Shown piece after piece: positions 56,693 through 64,000 of a DNA stretch of 64,000 bases (position 1 is its first letter; the number at the start of each line of letters is the position of its first letter). The stretch comes from an uncultured Acidobacteriota bacterium (lineage in GTDB: Bacteria; Acidobacteriota; JAQAZP01): NCBI GenBank assembly GCA_963836075.1, contig CAWIIB010000009.1, positions 322,437 to 386,436 on the forward strand, given 5' to 3'. A model generated the notes under the pieces. The model ran no database searches, was not told the DNA's origin, and saw nothing but the letters and a program-made list of their open reading frames with translations. The translations under genes were made by a program, and so were the position numbers.

Positions 56693-57289
56693 TCAGTCCG
56701 CTGGTTCCTCATCATCGAGCGCCGGGGCCGCTGTGCCGGGCCCGCCGGCGGCATGTTGCCGCAGCTGCTCGACGGCCCGCACCACCCGCATTTTCACTGC
56801 CGACTCCTTCATCCCCAGAACGTCGGCTATTTCGGCGTATCCCCACCCTTCGGAAAAACGCATCACCACCGCCACCCGTGTCTCGGGTGCAAGAACGTCC
56901 ATCATCTTTTCCAGCGTCAAGCGATCCTCGTTGTTCGACTCCCGGTTGCCGGCCCAACGGCCGCCCTGGTCCTCGAATGCGCCCCGGCGGCGCTGCTCCT
57001 GGTGACGGCGCCGCAGAACAAGCCGGCAGGCATTGATCACGATCGTATTCAGCCAATGCTCAAACGGCTTCTCGAAACGGAAGCGGGGAAGTGAGCGAAA
57101 GACGCTGAGGAAGCTGTCCTGGACCACGTCCTCGGCGTCCTCCCTGGTGCGCAGGATCCGGTAGGCCCGGCGGTAGACCCGGGCCTGGTGCCGCGTAACC
57201 AGGGCGTCGAAGGCAGCGGTGGCGTAGGGCAACTCCTTCTGCGCCCGTTCGACGAGTGCCCGATCAGCATCTGTGGTGTGATCGCTCAC
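56693..57289 (-). CDS. ECF-type RNA polymerase sigma factor (sigma-70 regions 2 and 4).
   Basis: ...AFDALVTRHQARVYRRAYRILRTREDAEDVVQDSFLSVFRSL... (region 2). ...RVAVVMRFSEGWGYAEIADVLGMKESAVKMRVVRA (region 4 HTH). Confidence 0.75.
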   Translation of the reverse strand: MSDHTTDADRALVERAQKELPYATAAFDALVTRHQARVYRRAYRILRTREDAEDVVQDSFLSVFRSLPRFRFEKPFEHWLNTIVINACRLVLRRRHQEQRRRGAFEDQGGRWAGNRESNNEDRLTLEKMMDVLAPETRVAVVMRFSEGWGYAEIADVLGMKESAVKMRVVRAVEQLRQHAAGGPGTAAPALDDEEPAD

Positions 57290-57432
57290 GTCTCTCCGCG
57301 GGTTTCCCTCCGCCGAGCGGCCGTTAAAGTTGTCATCCACTACAGTAAAAGCAGGCCAGGGCGGAAAACGTCACATAACACCGGACTTCGCGTCGCGGCC
57401 TTGAACCGAAGCACGCCGCCATTGGACAACCT

Positions 57433-57514
57433 GAAAACAAATTCCACTCCCGGGGTTACTTTCTTGTCCGGTCCGTCATTAGTCAGGTGAGGGAAGCATG
57501 CCGGATAGCGGCTG
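57433..57514 (+). promoter_or_regulatory. Copy A of the approximately 80-nt conserved element, in the divergent region between the ECF sigma operon and the OMP gene.
   Basis: TGAAAACAAATTCC..CGGGGTTACTTTCTTGTCC..TCCGTCATTAGTCAGG.TGAGGGAAG..AGCGGCTG. More than 75% identical to 49516-49599 over about 80 nt. Confidence 0.4.
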
Positions 57515-57671
57515 CGCACCCGTGGATTAAAACATGCAGACAAAAGCACAGTCAAACGTGGGATCCGCCTGTGAAGAGGTGATCACCGGTGATCCCAGTC
57601 AAGGAGCGTTCTGCTCCGACCGGTAGTGGTGAACTGCACGCAATGCGACCTGGAGTCGCAAAAAAGGAGAA

Positions 57672-59285
57672 TTGCTGATGAAGAGCAACACGAATCGGAC
57701 CAAGCGGTATCTCAATTTAGCGACCACCCTGGTCCTACTGCTCCTGTTCCCGGGTATGACCCCGGTGCTGCAGGCAGGGGAGGACTCGGATTTCTACAAA
57801 TGGACCGCACCCTCGGTGGAGGATCAGCTGGCCGCCGACCAGACCCCCGTCCCGACAGATGCGGGCGCGATTTTCGTCCCGGCGATGACCGACGGGAACG
57901 ATGAGCCCCTGGTTCTCGTGTTCCAGAACGAGCAGAAAGTGGCTTCGGGCAAGACCGGGGCGAGGATTATCGTCAGCCCCGGCGCCTGCGACATCCGTGT
58001 GGGCTCAGGTGCGGTTAAGCAGATGATGACCTATGGGGTCGAAGTGGCCGCAGGCGAAACAACCGTCGTGGACTGCACCTGGGGCGGCCTGAAGGTCAGT
58101 GTCGTTGACGAGAACAACATCCCCCATCGGGGTACATACGAGGTCATCCGCGCGGAGGGCCGGGAGCTCTTCGGCATCGGCTACGGCGCCGACACCCTGC
58201 AGGCCGAGCCGCTGGGCACCTGGCTGCTCGGTCCCGGCCTCTACCGCATCGTCCGCACCGGTGAGACCTACCGGGCCAGAGAGGATTTCGCCACCGTGGT
58301 TCTCCCCGAGGGCGGGCTGGTCCACTTCAAACTGGTCATCAACCCCGACACCGGCGAATTTCGTGGCGCCGGCGTGGCCCTGCCTGACGAACTGGGAATC
58401 GTGGATGAGGCGGTGAGCAACTGGGCCAAATCGATGACCCTCGGCGTGGCGGCGTCCCTCAGCGACTCGTCCGATGTGGTCGGATCTCCGAACCAGTCCA
58501 GCTACTCGGGAGTCGGATACTTCGACACCTATCTGACCTACAAGAACGGACCCCATTTCGGATCCGCCATCCTGGAACTGGAGGAGGGTTTCCTGAGGGT
58601 CGACCCGGAAACCAGCGAGTCCCTGCCGACGCAGAAAACCCAGGACCGGTTGCGTGCCGACCTCCTCTACACCTGGTTTGTCAAGGAGTGGGTCGGCCCC
58701 TATGCTCGCGCCGGGTTACTGACCAACATCTTTCCCTCGGAAACCCTGACCACCGAGGACCAGTTCATCGCTTACAACCGGCTTGACGGTACCAGAGACG
58801 TTATCTTCGTTCCGGCGAACAACAACTACCGGACGTCGGACAGCTTCGGCAACCTGCGGTTCCGCGAGGGTGTGGGCGCCAACTTCCGCCTCTTCAGAAA
58901 CCAGCACGTCACCCTGAACTGGCGGCTCGGCGTCGGACTGAGACAAAACGTGTTCAACGGCCTGTATGTCAACGAGGACGATGCGGCAACCGAAGAGATC
59001 GACCTCTACCAGGTGGACAGCTTCAACCAGGAGGGTCTCGAGACCACCATCACCGGGAACGTGCGGATCACCCGGTATCTCTCGTATATCACCGACCTGG
59101 AAGTGTTCGCCGATTTCTCCGACATGGGCGAGCCGACCGTTGACTGGCGTAACAATCTCAGCCTGCGCCTGACGCGGTATCTGTCGCTGGACTACGTGCT
59201 CGACATTCTCAGGTTCCCGCAGGTTGTGGACCAGACCCAGACGAGCCAGAGCCTGCTGCTGCGGTTCTCGTTCGACATTATCTAA
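57672..59285 (+). CDS. Secreted beta-rich protein, probably an outer-membrane beta-barrel, unknown function.
   Basis: Signal peptide ...TLVLLLLFPGMTPVLQAG. Alternating hydrophobic patterns. C-terminal ...LLLRFSFDII. Confidence 0.5.
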   Translation: MLMKSNTNRTKRYLNLATTLVLLLLFPGMTPVLQAGEDSDFYKWTAPSVEDQLAADQTPVPTDAGAIFVPAMTDGNDEPLVLVFQNEQKVASGKTGARIIVSPGACDIRVGSGAVKQMMTYGVEVAAGETTVVDCTWGGLKVSVVDENNIPHRGTYEVIRAEGRELFGIGYGADTLQAEPLGTWLLGPGLYRIVRTGETYRAREDFATVVLPEGGLVHFKLVINPDTGEFRGAGVALPDELGIVDEAVSNWAKSMTLGVAASLSDSSDVVGSPNQSSYSGVGYFDTYLTYKNGPHFGSAILELEEGFLRVDPETSESLPTQKTQDRLRADLLYTWFVKEWVGPYARAGLLTNIFPSETLTTEDQFIAYNRLDGTRDVIFVPANNNYRTSDSFGNLRFREGVGANFRLFRNQHVTLNWRLGVGLRQNVFNGLYVNEDDAATEEIDLYQVDSFNQEGLETTITGNVRITRYLSYITDLEVFADFSDMGEPTVDWRNNLSLRLTRYLSLDYVLDILRFPQVVDQTQTSQSLLLRFSFDII

Positions 59286-59400
59286 GCCGATGGCTGATGA
59301 CTGCCGGTCGGCGGAGCGGCAACGCTTCCCGTCCGGCGGCTCGGTCGGCCGGTTGTGACCGGGTGCAGCCGGGATGATTACTGATAAGGGGGAAAAAATC

Positions 59401-60879
59401 ATGAATGAAATTATCAATCTGCTGAAAGAATCGGTTGGCGGATACCTTCCGCAACTGCTCGGCGCCGTGGCCATTCTGGTCGTCGGCTGGCTGATGGCCC
59501 TGGTCATTGCCGGGGCGATCCGTGGGTTAGTAAGGCGCACCGGGATAGACGACAAACTGGTCACCTGGTTTGGCGAGGAAAAATCGGGCGGCAAGGCGCC
59601 GGATTTCGCCGTCGGCATCGGCCGGGGCGTGTTCTGGTTGATCATGATCCTGGTATTGACTGCCGTCCTGCAGGTCCTCGACCTGACCCTGACCACGGCC
59701 CCGCTGAACAATTTCCTGTCCCAGGTTTTCCAGTTCCTGCCCCAGCTCGTGGGGGCGGCCGTGCTGGCCCTCATCGCCTGGATCACCGCGGTCACCCTGC
59801 GGCTGCTGCTGAGCAAGGCGCTGAAGGCGGCAAAGGTGGATGAAAAAATCTGGCGCCAGCTGAGCGACGGGGAACCGTCCGGGCAGGTGTCGCGGACCAT
59901 CGCCGATGCCGCGTACTGGCTGGTGCTGCTGCTCTTCCTGCCGGCCGTGCTGGGTGCCCTGAAGTTGCAGGGCCTTCTCCAGCCGGTGCAGGGCATGATG
60001 AACAGGATTCTCGGCTTTCTGCCGAACCTGCTCGCCGCCGCCCTGATCGCCCTGGTCGGCTGGTTCGTGGCCCGCCTGGTCCGGCGGATTGTGGAAAACC
60101 TGGCGGGAACGGCCGGCGGGGATCGGCTCGGTCAACAGATCGGACTGCCGCAGCTGTCCCGGATCATCGGCCTGGTGGTCTACATCCTGATCCTCGTTCC
60201 GGTGCTCATCGCCGCACTCAACGCCCTGGCGCTGGAGGCGGTCACCCGGCCGGCCAGCCTGATGCTGACCAAGATCCTCGCCGCCTTCCCGTCCATCTTT
60301 GCCGCCGCGGTGGTCGTCCTGATCGCCTACGCGGTGGGGCGGCTGGTTTCCGGACTGGTCACCGAACTGCTCACCGGCATCGGGTTCAATACCATCCTGG
60401 TCCGGCTGGGCATCGGCCGGGAACCGGAGGAGGGTCGGCGTACGCCGTCCGAGATCGTCGGCTACCTGGCACTGGTGGCGATCATGCTCTTTGGCGCTCT
60501 CGAAGCCTCCGGTCTGCTGGGCTTCGAAGTCCTCTCGGACCTGACGACCGATGCCACCGTGTTCGGCGGGCACATTCTCGTGGGGCTGGTTATTTTCGGG
60601 ATCGGTCTCTACCTGGCCAACCTGGCCGCTGAGGCCATCCAGTCCAGCGGTGTGGCGCAGTCCCGTCTTCTCTCCGTCACCGCCCGTATGGCCATCCTGG
60701 TCCTGGCCGGCGCCATGTCGCTGCGGCACATGGGCCTGGCCGACGAGATTGTCAGTCTGGCCTTTGCCCTGATCGTCGGCGCCGTGGCGGTGGCCGCAGC
60801 TGTGGCCTTCGGCATCGGCGGCCGGGACCTTGCCGCGAAGAAGCTGGCCCAGTGGTTCAAGGAAAAACCATCGGTTTGA
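59401..60879 (+). CDS. Membrane protein with four conserved-TM-helix (MscS-associated PF05552-like) repeats, no beta-domain.
   Basis: Four repeats of ...LP.L.GA...L..GW..A....R (e.g. LPQLLGAVAILVVGWLMALVIAGAIRGLV; LPQLVGAAVLALIAWITAVTLRLLL; LPNLLAAALIALVGWFVARLVRRIV). Confidence 0.5.
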   Translation: MNEIINLLKESVGGYLPQLLGAVAILVVGWLMALVIAGAIRGLVRRTGIDDKLVTWFGEEKSGGKAPDFAVGIGRGVFWLIMILVLTAVLQVLDLTLTTAPLNNFLSQVFQFLPQLVGAAVLALIAWITAVTLRLLLSKALKAAKVDEKIWRQLSDGEPSGQVSRTIADAAYWLVLLLFLPAVLGALKLQGLLQPVQGMMNRILGFLPNLLAAALIALVGWFVARLVRRIVENLAGTAGGDRLGQQIGLPQLSRIIGLVVYILILVPVLIAALNALALEAVTRPASLMLTKILAAFPSIFAAAVVVLIAYAVGRLVSGLVTELLTGIGFNTILVRLGIGREPEEGRRTPSEIVGYLALVAIMLFGALEASGLLGFEVLSDLTTDATVFGGHILVGLVIFGIGLYLANLAAEAIQSSGVAQSRLLSVTARMAILVLAGAMSLRHMGLADEIVSLAFALIVGAVAVAAAVAFGIGGRDLAAKKLAQWFKEKPSV

Positions 60880-61017
60880 ACCGGTAGCGACGGGCGGGAT
60901 CCTCAGGAATGCCGAGGCTCCCGCCCCGAAGCGCCAATCACCACAGAGCCCGGGTTCAACCGATTAACCCGCGGTGCAGTATCGCCGCATAGATGGAGTA
61001 TCGAAAGGTAGCAAAAA

Positions 61018-62063
61018 TGAAAATCGGATTCGTCGTCAACGACATTATGACCGAACAAAGCGGGTACACCACCAGCCGGCTGGCAGTGGCCGCGATCAAC
61101 ATGGGCCACGAATCGTGGGTCATCGGGGTGGGCGACCTGGCCTACGACCCGGACGAGAACATCCGCGCCCGGGCCACCGGCGTGCCGAAGAAAAAGTACC
61201 AGAACAGCGTGGCCTACCTCAAGGACCTGCAGGGGAAAAACGCGGTGAAAGAGCGGATCACCGTCGACGACCTCGACGTGCTGATGCTGCGCAACGATCC
61301 CTCAAACGATGCGGTGAACCGGCCCTGGGCCACCTCCGCCGGGATCCTCTTCGGCCGGCTGGCCATGCGCCACGGGGTGATCGTGGTCAACGACCCCAAC
61401 GGCCTGTCCAAGGCCGAGAGCAAGATGTATTTCCAGATGTTCCCCGAGGAGGTGCGGCCGCAGACCCTGATCACCCGCGACCGCTCGGAGATCAAGGCTT
61501 TCGCCAAAGACCAGGGCGGGACCATCGTGCTCAAGCCGCTGCAGGGCTCGGGCGGGCAGAGCGTCTTCCTCATCCGGCCGGACGACGTGCCGAACATGAA
61601 CCAGATGATCGACGCGGTGAGCCGCGACGGCTACGTCATCGCCCAGGCCTACCTGCCGGCGGCGGAACAGGGTGACATGCGGCTCTTCCTGATGAACGGC
61701 CAGCCGCTGCGCGAGAAGGGAAAATACGCCGCCTTCCGCCGGGTGCGCACCGGGGGCGACATGCGCTCGAACATCCACGCCGGTGGCAAGCTGGCCGCGG
61801 CGGTGGTGGACGAAGAAGCGCTGCGCATCGTCGAGATCGTGCGGCCGAAGATCGTCCAGGACGGGATGTTCCTGGTGGGCCTGGACATCGTCGGTGACAA
61901 GCTGATGGAGATCAACGTCTTCAGCCCCGGCGGGCTGGGCAGCGCGCAGAAGTTCACCGGGGTCAACTTCAGCCGTACGGTGATCAGGGCCCTGGAGCGC
62001 AAGGTGCAGTACATGGAGTTCTACCGCCGCAACTTCGACAACGCGGAAATGGCCACTTTGTAA
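61018..62063 (+). CDS. Stand-alone GshB-type ATP-grasp ligase (glutathione-synthetase family). Paralog of the C-terminal domain of the 16768-19722 fusion.
   Basis: About 94% aa identity to the fusion's ATP-grasp domain. RBS GAAAGG upstream of the ATG. GshB C-terminal motifs ...MRLFLMNGQPL...GGDMRSNIHAGG...GLDIVGDKLMEINVFSPGG. Confidence 0.75.
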
Positions 62064-62342
62064 GCTGCACCGGCTGCATCTTGCCGAAACAAAGTGCTAA
62101 TCTGCTTGCGCGCCTGCGGACCGATTGACAGGCAGGTTATTATTTACGGAGCAGACAAGCAATATATTATGACAAAAAACTTACACTCCCGGCAGCTGAA
62201 CGCAATCCGGAATCCGGTTTGAATGTACCCGTCGGGACCCTGGCTTCGCGGACGAGCGGACCAGACCGCTCTGTGTGCCGCACTTCCCAGGCCTGCCGGC
62301 CAGGAAGAAGGGTGGGGTGCAGACCGCTAACGGAGGTGTCCG

Positions 62343-63170
62343 ATGGAATTTGAAAACTGGAGCTCGGCCCTGAAGAACATGGCGGAACAGCTCTGGAACG
62401 GCTTTCTGGCATACCTGCCGCAATTGGCCCTCGTCATCGTATTGCTGCTGGCCGGGTGGGCCCTGGGCCGGCTGGCCCGCAGGCTGGTCAGCAGGCTCAT
62501 TCTGCGTCACGCCCGCGGCCGAAAAGGGCCCGCCATGGAGCAGGCGCTGCAAGAATCCGGGGTGGACCGGATGGCCGCCGAGATTTTCGGGCGGATCGCT
62601 TTCTGGTTCGTGCTGATCTTCTTCGCCGCCCTGGCCGGAGAAGTTCTCGGACTGGCCGTGGTTTCCCGTGGTCTCGCCGTGCTGATCCTCTACCTGCCAC
62701 GCGTACTGGCCGCGGGGCTGATCGCCTTCGCCGGTCTGCTGATGAGCAACCTGGCCCGGGACGCGGTGATGACGCTGAGCAGTTCGAACCGTTTCAGTGG
62801 GAAGGTTCCGGCACAACTGGTCCGCTACGCCATCCTGCTGCTCACCACCGTCGTGGCCCTGGATCAGATCGGGATCGACAGCACGCTGCTGATCCTGGCC
62901 ACGGGAATCGTGCTTGCCGCGCTGCTGGGCAGCGCGACGCTCGCCGTCGGTCTCGGCGCGCGGACCGAGGTGGGCAATATCATCGCCCTGCACTATCTGG
63001 CCAAGTCCTATTCGGTGGGCCAGCGAATCCGGATCGGGGATGTGGAAGGCCGCATCGTGGAGCTCGGCACCACCGGAGTGGTCCTGGACACCGCACAGGG
63101 ACGGACAACCATCCCCGGCAAGGAATTCAGCACGCGCAGCTCCTGTCTGCTCGACGAGACGGCGCCATGA
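62343..63170 (+). CDS. MscS-like small channel (paralog of 55590-56444).
   Basis: TM-helix repeats plus C-terminal ...GQRIRIGDVEGRIVELGTTGVVLDTAQGRTTIPGKEF (MscS beta-domain-like). Confidence 0.55.
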   Translation: MEFENWSSALKNMAEQLWNGFLAYLPQLALVIVLLLAGWALGRLARRLVSRLILRHARGRKGPAMEQALQESGVDRMAAEIFGRIAFWFVLIFFAALAGEVLGLAVVSRGLAVLILYLPRVLAAGLIAFAGLLMSNLARDAVMTLSSSNRFSGKVPAQLVRYAILLLTTVVALDQIGIDSTLLILATGIVLAALLGSATLAVGLGARTEVGNIIALHYLAKSYSVGQRIRIGDVEGRIVELGTTGVVLDTAQGRTTIPGKEFSTRSSCLLDETAP

Positions 63171-64000
63171 AAATCGAAAACACCTTGTCGAATCTCTACC
63201 TGGAGAGCCATCCGGATGACGCGGCGCGGGCCCTGGAAGGCCTTCCGCTGGAGCAGGCTGCCGCACTTCTCGAGACCGCACCGGCCGCAGCCGCCTCAAA
63301 GGCGCTGGATCGGATGGAACCGGCAAGGTCGGTGGAACTGCTGAAGCTGTTTTCCACGGCTCGTGTCGGTGAAATTCTCGAGATTCTGCCCCCCGAATCG
63401 GCGGTTCAGCTGATGCTCAGGCTGGAGCCGGAGGAGCGCGAGCTGCTGCTCGGCAGCGCGTCGGAAGCCACGGCCGACCGGCTGCGGCGACTGCTCACCT
63501 ATCCCGAAGACAGTGCCGGCCGGCTGATGGATCCGCGGGTGATGGCTTTTCCCGAGGATCTCGAGGTCGCCGAGGCGGTGCGCCGGCTCCGCCGCCACAA
63601 TCACCAGCTTCGCTACTACCTCTACGTTACCGACCCGGAGCACAGGCTGATCGGCGTGCTCTCCCTGCGTGAACTGATGGCCGCTCCGCCGGACGAACGC
63701 CTGGCGCCACGGTTTCGCCGGCCGGTGACCCGGCTCAGCGTCAGGGATACCCGCTCGACAGTCCTGCAGCACCCCGGGTGGTTGAAGTACCATGCGCTCC
63801 CGGTGACCGGCGGTTCAGGGATCCTGGTCGGCGTCTTGCGCTACAAGACCTTACGGAAGCTGGAAGGCGAAACAGCAACCACACGGCCTTCCGATCTCAT
63901 CGGATTGGGGTCGGCGCTGGGCGAAGCCTGGGTCGGCATATCCGGACTGCTGTTCGACGGGTTTGCCGGATCCCTGCACGGGAGCCGCGAATTCAGGGCC
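63167..64000 (+). CDS. mgtE: Magnesium transporter MgtE (N-terminal MgtE_N + CBS domains present; the C-terminal membrane part lies beyond the window).
   Basis: ATGA overlap with the upstream gene. ...AALLETAPAAAASKALDRMEPARSVELLKLFSTARVGEILEILPPESAVQLMLRLEPEER... is MgtE_N-like. ...HRLIGVLSLRELMAA... is CBS. Confidence 0.7.
   Translation, partial: MKIENTLSNLYLESHPDDAARALEGLPLEQAAALLETAPAAAASKALDRMEPARSVELLKLFSTARVGEILEILPPESAVQLMLRLEPEERELLLGSASEATADRLRRLLTYPEDSAGRLMDPRVMAFPEDLEVAEAVRRLRRHNHQLRYYLYVTDPEHRLIGVLSLRELMAAPPDERLAPRFRRPVTRLSVRDTRSTVLQHPGWLKYHALPVTGGSGILVGVLRYKTLRKLEGETATTRPSDLIGLGSALGEAWVGISGLLFDGFAGSLHGSREFRA

Noticed and set aside
16771-62060. Duplicated 1-kb segments considered as a mobile element or composite transposon.
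   Set aside because: The duplicated unit is exactly a gshB-like coding sequence. There are no terminal inverted repeats, target-site duplications, transposase or integrase genes. I interpret it as a paralogous gene duplication with gene conversion.

Overview
The window is high-GC (about 65-70%) chromosomal DNA with Desulfuromonadales/Geobacter-like gene content (an impression only; no database check was possible). Genes are densely packed, with frequent 4-nt ATGA start/stop overlaps and GGAGG-type ribosome-binding sites. I see no rRNA, tRNA, CRISPR array, transposase or prophage.

Recognisable blocks:
(i) corA and an MscS channel share a palindromic upstream motif.
(ii) A sigma-54 activator sits divergent from a sigma-54 promoter that precedes a 43-aa Lys-rich ORF and an acidic secreted protein.
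(iii) A four-gene block encodes a PLP enzyme, DUF1611, an N-domain+PP-loop+Zn-ribbon+creatininase fusion, and a dipeptide epimerase. It carries about 9 single-nt frameshifts.
(iv) A minus-strand operon runs FGase -> MATCAP-like (DUF1704, HExxH+QEGLA) fused to a GshB-type ATP-grasp ligase -> SLC13/TrkA-C transporter. A second gshB-like copy lies inverted 43 kb away, and its 3' half is about 100% nt-identical.
(v) cdaA-cdaR-like-ldtD-mepK-like.
(vi) The complete hypFCDEAB and hoxEFUYHW (bidirectional NAD-linked [NiFe] hydrogenase) clusters.
(vii) A Cache histidine kinase, an orphan receiver, and a receiver-fused CitMHS permease.
(viii) Ion transporters CNNM, TerC-PGPGW and SLC12, then glgP.
(ix) A Tyr/Trp/Pro-repeat secreted protein, LpoB and a TPR lipoprotein.
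(x) An ECF sigma / anti-sigma / MscS-like / REC-GHKL / BON-DUF1207 operon.
(xi) Further MscS-like/TM-helix proteins and mgtE.

An approximately 80-nt element is conserved upstream of two secreted-protein genes.

All calls rest on reading the six-frame translations and motifs by eye. No searches were run.
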